The position numbers were made by a program, and so were the translations under genes. A stretch of 56,008 bases of DNA, filler included, from Jimgerdemannia flammicorona (taxonomy: Eukaryota): NCBI GenBank assembly GCA_003990765.1. It is 3 parts of 3 records of this genome, joined end to end, with 100 filler letters (N's around TTAATTAATTAA, not from the genome) between each part and the next. Parts side by side here need not be neighbours in the genome. Positions count along the whole stretch, not along the records: positions 37,408 to 56,008 come from RBNJ01002166.1; 2 more parts are not named here. The stretch is one strand, 5' to 3'. Within the stretch, counting starts at the first letter, position 1. Each line of letters starts with the position of its first letter. Below the pieces are notes generated by a model. The model was given only the letters and a program-made list of their open reading frames with translations. It was not told where the DNA came from and did not search any database. This document shows, piece after piece, positions 48,556 to 56,008 of this stretch.

Positions 48556-51192
48556 AAACAAACTGGCTGGGTGATGAAGCCCATGTTCATGGTTCGTCTT
48601 AACGCCAAGCCGTTCTATCGCGAAAACTACGACGCTCTAGTGGTCCGCCTATCTAGCCTGTATGATCGGGTGCGCTTGAGAGGCAAAGCGCACGGCGGAG
48701 ACGCGTCCGCAGGCGGGAAGCAGGCTGCATTTGTGAGGCAGACTACCAAGTATTGGTGAGTGGAGGAACGGTGTTTTGTTGCCAATTGGGGAAACCGGAA
48801 CGTTGCGTTCCTCATGTGTGGAATGCTCGGTTGATGCGGGAGTGATAGGAAGCCAAAAGATTGAATGGAATACAGATTGATTTGCAAAACGCAACAAATT
48901 GAGCAAGCGTAAATTGAAATATCGGCGACATTCTCGGATCACCATCATTTCATTTGACTCACACCTACATGCCACCTTGTCCCTCATCCTGATCGCACCC
49001 AGGGTTCATGCCGACAACATCACGGAGCTCAAACTTATCATCCTCAAGCATCTGCCTGTGCTGGTCTTCAACCCGAACAAGCAGTTTGACGCGCAGGACT
49101 CGGCCATCACCAGTATCTACTTCGACAACGACGACTTCCAATTGTATCTAGGCAGGCTAGAGAAGAGTGAGGGGGCTGAGGCGATTAGGCTGAGGTGAGG
49201 AGGCGGGTCTCAGAAAAGCAAATTGGCGCGGTTCAGAGAAAGCGATTAGAACGCTCAAGAAGAGGGTGGTTACATTTTCGAGGATAGTTGCTGCCTTTAT
49301 ACGGGGAGGGATTGTTTCCCCTACACGAACTGGGAAACTCATATTCCCGTTTCCGAAACCTAACCCTTATTTGTGGATCCTTTACGCTACTTATCAGATG
49401 GTACGGCGGTATGAGCAATAACGAGATCTTTGTGGAGCGCAAGACACACCGCGAGGACTGGACCGGCGAGAAATCGGTGAAGGCACGGTTTCCACTAAAG
49501 GAAAAGTACGTCAACCCCTTCCTCCGCGGGGAGTACACGATGGAGCCCGCGTTCCAGAAGATGCGCGAGGCAGGAAAGAAGTCGGAGAAAGAAATTGAAC
49601 AGCTCGAGCAGCTGGCACAGGAGGTGCAGTATTCTATGATAACGAGAGAATTGAAGCCGGGTAGGTAGTTTGGGAAGGGATTTCCCGGTAATGTATATTG
49701 AGAATGTGGTAGAGTCTCCACACGGGATGTGGAAATTGTGGCGATAGGGTAGATGTTTGTTTACTGGTAGCGCACGATATTTACCACGGTGTTTGACTTA
49801 CTTTAATCGTTGTTTGCTCTCGTACCCAATTATTCCTACTCCTAGTCGTCCGCTCCTTCTATAACCGCACCGCCTTTCAACTCCCTGGCGACGCGCGCGT
49901 CCGCATCAGTCTCGACACGGAGCTCTCCATGATTCGAGAAGACAACTATGACGGCAGGGAACGATCCGGTGACAACTGGCGCCGGATGGACATTGGGATT
50001 GACTACCCGTTCTCGCAGCTGCCCGATTCCGACATTTGTAGGTTTCCTTACGCCGTACTCGAGGTGAAGCTGCAGACCCAATTTGGTCAGGAACCACCGG
50101 AATGGGTGACAGAGTTAATCCATAGCCATTTGGTGAGCTTTTTTTTTTTTTTTGATATATCGTCTGATTATGTTTTCTGTCCTCGCAAATGAACCAAAAC
50201 TCACATTTGGCACCATAGGTCGAAGCCGTTCCCAAGTTCTCCAAGTTCATACATGGCGTCTCCACACTCCTCGAAAATCGCGTACAACTTCTCCCTTTCT
50301 GGCTCCCCCAGATGGACATCGACATCCGGAAACCGCCCACCACTTCCTTTGGCCTTGGCCGCCCTAGAGATGGCGGCAACACTTCCATCGCCGCTGCTCC
50401 GTATGGTTCTAACTCGTCAGACAGTAGCAAAGTCGGTGGCAGTAGCCGTGGCTCGGAACCGGACATTCAGGTTGTGATCGACCAACGATCCTCCGACGAA
50501 AGGGCTCCTCTGCTGGGAGCGACTGGCACGAACGGGAACGGTCCCACGCTTATTGAGGAGGGCGGTATTATGAAGCAGCTCTCTCCAGCAGGTCTGCGCA
50601 ACCTTTTCCACAAGTCCAAGTCCGCCTTCACACGCCGTCCTGCCAATTACTCCTCTATCTCACCTGGCGGCGGCCAGGGCAACGGAACGGCCAAGTCCGT
50701 GCCGGAGCATCCTCTCCCACCAGGAAAACGCATCGCCCTCCCTGTGCGCGTGGAGCCCAAGGTCTTTTTCGCCAACGAACGCACTTTCCTCTCTTGGCTA
50801 CAGTTTTCCGTCATACTCGGAGGTCTTGCTGTGGGACTGCTTAATTTTGGCGATCAGATCGGCCGCATCTCCGCCGCAATGTTCACTTTCGTGTCCATGA
50901 GCGTGATGGGCTATGCATTGTATACATTCCATTGGCGGGCTGATCACATAAGGAGGAGAGATGCTGGACCATACGATGATCGCTTTGGACCAACCGCATT
51001 GTGCACGTTTTTGATATTGGTCGTTTTGATCAATTTCTATCGTAAGTAATCGAGATCGGAAATTCGGAAATTCGTTATCGTTTGGAGTTATTCGATGTGT
51101 CGAACACTGGTGGGAATCTCTATTGACCTGATTTGCTTTGTTTTTACTCCCTAGTGCGCCTTTCACACCCCAAGAATCCTTCGAACATTTGA
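48556..51192 (+). CDS. VTC4: Vacuolar transporter chaperone 4 (polyphosphate polymerase), 5'-partial; join(48556..48755,49003..49194,49398..49660,49846..50132,50219..51041,51155..51192), 600 aa
   Basis: [104 protein letters not shown] and three TM helices match fungal Vtc4. All five introns are GT-AG, phases are compatible, and there are no internal stops. Confidence 0.96.
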
Positions 51193-51517
51193 AATCCTTG
51201 TGCATAGGAACGGGTGGATACGCAAAGCGGAGGTCAAAAGATCCCCAGTAAATTAACATTCATCGAATGTGTACAGTTTGCAGCACATCAATAGTGCAGC
51301 TCTCTTTTCTCTTGCTTTCGTGTATGTTAGTTTGGCGTGATCGGAAAATTAAAGCGCGGGGCCAGTGATACCCTGCCGAAGCTACGCAGTGGCATCAATT
51401 GTTTGTAATTAATGCTTTCGGTTAATCTTACATCATAAAAGTGTCCCACCGCAATGAAAGGGGATAATAGCACCTTCAAAAAAGTAAAGGCAGTCCTTGA
51501 TCGAAAATGACAATGGT

Positions 51518-51519
<2 letters not shown>

Positions 51520-51552
<33 letters not shown>

Positions 51553-51704
51553 GGACTCAAAGTCTCGCGGATTTTTATTGGAAGGAAACCTAGACTATAT
51601 AGGCCAAAACCCTCCCCCATTACTCACTAAGCACTACACTCCCATTAAACCTAGACTAGCTATTGTTCAACAGCTCAACCATGTCAGGTGTAGCAGGGCA
51701 AAGT
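51520..51704 (-). mobile_element. Element X copy 4, only the 3' ~155 bp plus poly(A)
   Basis: Poly(T) at 51520-51549 followed by the same 3' sequence as the other copies. Confidence 0.85.
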
Positions 51705-51845
51705 TATTTGCACTAGTTTGTCCATTTTGTCTGTAAGGCTCTTGGCAGTAGGGACTTGTATTTTAACTGCTTTTCTTAAAAAGAAATTTACAGGGGTCTC
51801 AGGATCTTGACTATGAAGTAACCAGAAAGGGGAAAGACTGGACAG

Positions 51846-51884
<39 letters not shown>

Positions 51885-53135
51885 GACTCAATGTCCTGTG
51901 GAATTTTATTGGAAGGGAACCTAGACTGTATAGGTCAAAACCCTCTCCCACCACCCACCAAGCACTGCCTTCCCATTAACCTAGGCTAGCTATTGTCCAG
52001 CAGCTTGACCATGCTAGGTGCAGCAGAGCCAATAGAGGCCCACACCTCATTCTGTGTACTATACTCTCCCTACCACCAGAGGAAACCCAGCCATATACCA
52101 ATGACTGAAAGCATATGCCTGAGAACCCAATGTATATACAAGGCCATGCCCGAGCCAAATAGAATAGCCCCTGCCACCCCAAAGAGAGTAACAGACAGAA
52201 AAAAAAACCCTCATCAAAGCACAATATAGTGGGTAGGGCCTGGTTCTCCCAGTCAAGATAAGTAAAGGACTTATATATAAGGCAGGAGGAGACTCCCAAT
52301 ATCCCACTACTCAAGCCTGTAGGCCTCGATCATGTTGCCATGTCAGCTCCTGGTTTCAGTTGAGTGCAGCCAAGATGCCTGAAATAGATAGCCTCAGGCC
52401 CTCTGACCCCTCCTGATGACTGGGGCCTAATCTGCCTGACCGCCAAAAGAAGCCGAGAGTGACACCTATCACCTAACTACACTGCACCAATCAAAAGGCC
52501 CCACTGAAGCAGCACCTGCTCCAGCCCTGACAGCTGCCCCCAGCCTGGCACCCTACTGGTCCACCATAATCGCCCTTCCTTCTATCTGTAATGGCCATCT
52601 CCCCTCCCATCTTGACAATACCCAAAAAGCAGTCACCTATGTCAGAACTGTACTCGCTGGGAAGCTCACCAAAGCCAGAGGGCCCCACTATAGGTACCAA
52701 AGACCTGCAGGTAATCTATACTGAGCACTTGATGCCCAAGGTCAGCTGACTCCCTATGTAGCCTGAGACATACTGAGACAGCACCTTGTTGGTAATGATA
52801 AAAGGAAGAAGGTACTGCACTAAAACAGATGTACTCCAGATACAGCTGAAGGTATCAGAAACTATGAAAAAGTAGAGAAGACACCGATCAGACACCAATA
52901 AAGGGGTAACTCAACATCATTACCCTCCTCCCACCATGCTCATGCAGGTACAGCAAACCAACCCAAGGTAGAGGGGGTAATAATAGGAGAAAGGGAACTT
53001 GGAAGGTTGCCTACCAAACCTTATAACCGGTAAGATAGCAGAGAAAGTGATTGGACAGCATTGTTGTATACAAACTCTGTATAAGTCAGATAGTAGTCCC
53101 AATCATCTTGCTCATAAAAAACATAGTTTCTAAGT
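51705..53135 (-). pseudogene. Gypsy integrase fragment interrupted by element X
   Basis: With X removed it reads LRNYVFYEQDDWDYYLTYTEFVYNNAVQS then (frameshift) PFWLLHSQDPETP, typical of the end of the Gypsy integrase core. Confidence 0.72.
51850..53051 (-). mobile_element. Element X copy 5
   Basis: Poly(T) at 51848-51880 and 11-bp TSD TGGACAGCATT (51839-51849 and 53052-53062). Confidence 0.92.
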
Positions 53136-53140
53136 CTGGT

Positions 53141-54126
53141 ATCTTTCTCAGCTACCATTCATATTATACACACTTTTACAACATACTTTCAAATTGTTTA
53201 TTGGAGAAAGGTACTAAGGCAATGGCAAACAGTAAGTAATCTGGGGTGTATACTGGGCAGGGCAGCTCTAGTATGTTCAACTGGCAGTAAGTGGAGAGAG
53301 GTCCTGGCCTGGGGGGGGGCATGAGGGGGCTGTTGGCAGGAGGATATAGAGGGAGAGGAGGCAGCAGTGGAGGACAGAGGTCTGGGAGAGCGAGCTTATG
53401 GAGATGGTGAAGGAGAGGCAGCAGACATCTGGGTTAGAGGGATGGCTGAGGAAAGGCAAGGAGATGGAGAAAACAATAGTTTGTAGAGGAGTAGCCCTTG
53501 GTGGTGAGGGCAGTAGAGCTGGAAGAGTAGTGGCTGGAGGGAGTATGACAGCTGATAGCAATAGGACTACCAATCTGGAAAAAAATCCAAATATGACTGC
53601 TGATAGTATGACTGAGTGACTGGGGATTAGAAGACAAGGTGATTTGGCAGATGGTGTGACAGGCCTGGTGGTAGCTTTATTACTTAAGAAATCGATCTCA
53701 GCATTTGCAGTGACATTGTACTTCTGGATCTAGCAGTGATAGTGAAAATGGTACTGGGGCTTATTACTAAATAGGTAGCTGGAGCAGTATTCATAAAGTT
53801 CCTGAAAATATTAGAGGGAGTGGAGGTGGGCTTTGAGGAGACTGAGCCTTTGGAGAAAGTACTGAAGGTTGGATTGATAGTTGGGGAGGTGTGTGTTTCG
53901 ATGGCATGCTGTCTGAAATGGGACCCCAGGGTGGTCCAACTGCTAGTAAAAGGAGTGCCCACAGTGATGGCAGTAGAGATAAGAAGGAGAGTTGAGGAGG
54001 TCATGGTGGAGTATAGAGAGGTGGTAGATATCAGATTCAGAGTCTAGGAAGGGACCTCACTCAGGACTAGAGATGTGGATGTGAGGATTCAGCTAGCAGG
54101 AAAAGAAGCTACCAGGAAGGCAAGGG
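53141..54126 (+). mobile_element. 5' part of an L1/Tx1-type LINE (5' UTR and ORF1), interrupted by a family Y LTR
   Basis: Collinear with 31446-32439. ORF1 ATG at 53222. Confidence 0.9.
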
Positions 54127-56008
54127 TGTAAGAGGGTTACTTTTTACGGTGACTGTTATGTAGTTCTGGAAGGGTTTTCTGGATATTCTGGATGTTCTAG
54201 AAGACCGTTTTCTTATGGTCAAGATTAATTTCATATGGAGTACATCCTCTATGCTTATTGATTTCAAGATTGGGTTGACGTCTCAACCAAAGCCCTTTTC
54301 TGGACTCGTTCTGGATGTTCAGGATTTTCTGTATTTTAGAAAGTTCAAGAAACTAAGACCAGCTTAGTTGAATTGGCGTATCGCTGCAGACAATACCCAA
54401 TTAGGAAATTTCGTGATGTGGTTAGGAGTGGGACCTAACAAGGAGCAGATTTACTTAAGAGTGGTTTGTGGGTTATTAAATAGATTTATTCGCTATTCAT
54501 GATATTGCTATACTAGGAGTAGTTGTGTGAAGGGATATTGTGGGGAAGTGCTCAGGAGTTGTGTTCGGATTGTTCAAGTCTGAGATTCTGAGGTCTGGGG
54601 GAGGCGGTATTTATACTAGTGAGGGGCTATCTGGACTAGGCTAGATATGGATGTAGCACTAAGTGCTTTGCTGAGTCGGAATGCAGTCACATAGTACAAG
54701 TGTGATCTGACATGTCAAGAGATCGTCTGGCTGCTGAGTCAGTTCACAGTCACGTCATATAAGGCTAATCTATCTATACTATAACTGCTAGACTATTTAT
54801 AGGTTTAGGCACTATCTGGGTAGTCTTCGATGACATTACCATTGATTGCATCATCTTTGATGAAGTAGTTGTCTAGGAAGAGTGGTTCGCGAATTACTTC
54901 TCCTTATTGGCTGAGGTAGTAATACATTGGGACTTCATCTCCATCCCACAGGATAGCATTGTCTGTTTCGTATGCTGGATAAGGTGTTGGTGGGTGAAGG
55001 ATGGGTGTATTGTCTTTGCTTTCATCAGATTCACTATCTGTGTACCTTCTATAGGTTACAGCACTATGAGTTGTGGGGTTATAGTATGCTGGTGGCTGTG
55101 GTTCATGTCACTCATACTTGGGTGGTGGAGTGGTTGGTTTGATCTCGAGGGTTGTCTGAAGGTACAGGTTGTGTTCTCCAGTCTCTTCATTGTAGTTGAA
55201 GTAGTCAGGGGTGAACGCGGGTTGGTATTCGTGCCAGTGGTCATTGTCCCAATAAGTCTCATATGCTGTTATGAACTGTTGTAAGTTCATCGGCAAGGTT
55301 GGCAGAGTGATCAGGGTTGGCAGAGATCCTTGGCTAGAGGTCATGTCGGCATCAGAGGGATCATTGTCTTCTGCTTCATCTTCATCAAAGTAGATTATAT
55401 CGTAGACGTCCTTCATGGTATATCCAACTTGAGGCATTTGCAGGATGTGGTCATCAGGGTGCAGGAAGGTTCTGTCTGTGGTTTCGACATACTCGAGGTA
55501 CTTGTGGTTGAGTTCTTGTATCATGTCATCGATTTGGCCGTAGGACAGGGTGGCAACCATTTCGCTGGTAGTGACTCGGAGGCAGGGAATAAAGATATTG
55601 TACTCATAGAAGAGTTCTCAATGTTTGCAGGTGATGAGCTTCTGGTGTTGAGACATCTGGGTAATGTCTGTATCATGGTGGTGTTCGACCATGTCTTCTA
55701 GGAGGCGGCCAATCTGGTAGTAGCTTGAGATTTGTCTGATTCGGTGGGCCTTGCTAAGCATGTTCAGGGCATTTCATCGGGCTTCCACGAAGTAGAGGGG
55801 GGCCAGGCTATGGATATTCATGAGGGGCAGAGGGGGTGTAGCTTGGTTGACAATGGCATTCCAAATGTCAGCATGGATGCGGTTGTAGATCTCAGTGGTC
55901 ATGTTTGTGTGTTTGGAAGTTGTGGTTGTTGTTTGTTTTGGTTCTCTGATTCGATGCGTCTCGGTGCTCAGTATATATGCATTTGGTCCTGATTGGTAAG
56001 GTTCCGTT
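54127..56008 (-). repeat. Family Y LTR (>1.88 kb, runs off the window), best-preserved copy
   Basis: Ends ...CCTCTTACA on the minus strand. TATAAATA at ~54608-54615 and AATAAA at ~54485-54490. Same terminal ~700 bp as the PPT-defined LTR at 13895-15364. Confidence 0.83.
54904..55902 (-). pseudogene. LTR(U3)-encoded hypothetical protein, family Y (~333 codons, three TGA stops)
   Basis: ATG at 55902 (MTTEIYNRIHADIWNAIV...) is in frame with track ORF 55108-55560. TATATA lies ~70 nt upstream. The stop at 55108 is CAA in the copy at ~30680. Acidic, Pro-rich C-terminal half. Confidence 0.75.

Overview
Eukaryotic, most likely fungal, DNA; an early-diverging (Mucoromycota-like) lineage is my inference only. 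About 90% of the window is a stack of nested, CpG-depleted transposable elements. These are six copies or fragments of an L1/Tx1-type LINE, several Ty3/Gypsy elements and long (1.5 to >1.9 kb) LTRs, decayed Ty1/Copia remnants, an apparently endonuclease-less Penelope-like element, a hAT-type MITE, and five copies of a ~1.15-kb poly(A)-tailed non-autonomous retroposon (element X). The only host gene is an intact six-exon, 600-codon 3' portion of VTC4 (polyphosphate polymerase, 48556-51192); most of its N-terminal SPX-coding region is absent from the window. Most notable: (i) two different Gypsy LTR families each carry a TATA-preceded ORF inside U3, the two proteins look distantly related, and a third LTR has the same R/U5 but different U3 cargo; (ii) a Gypsy element has a dUTPase in frame after the Gag zinc knuckle; (iii) the TE stack may sit inside a giant VTC4 intron; (iv) element X shares its 5' tip with the LINE; (v) repeats show C-to-T hypermutation extending beyond CpG. 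Two 100-nt scaffold gaps limit long-range conclusions. All calls come from reading motifs by eye, with no database search.
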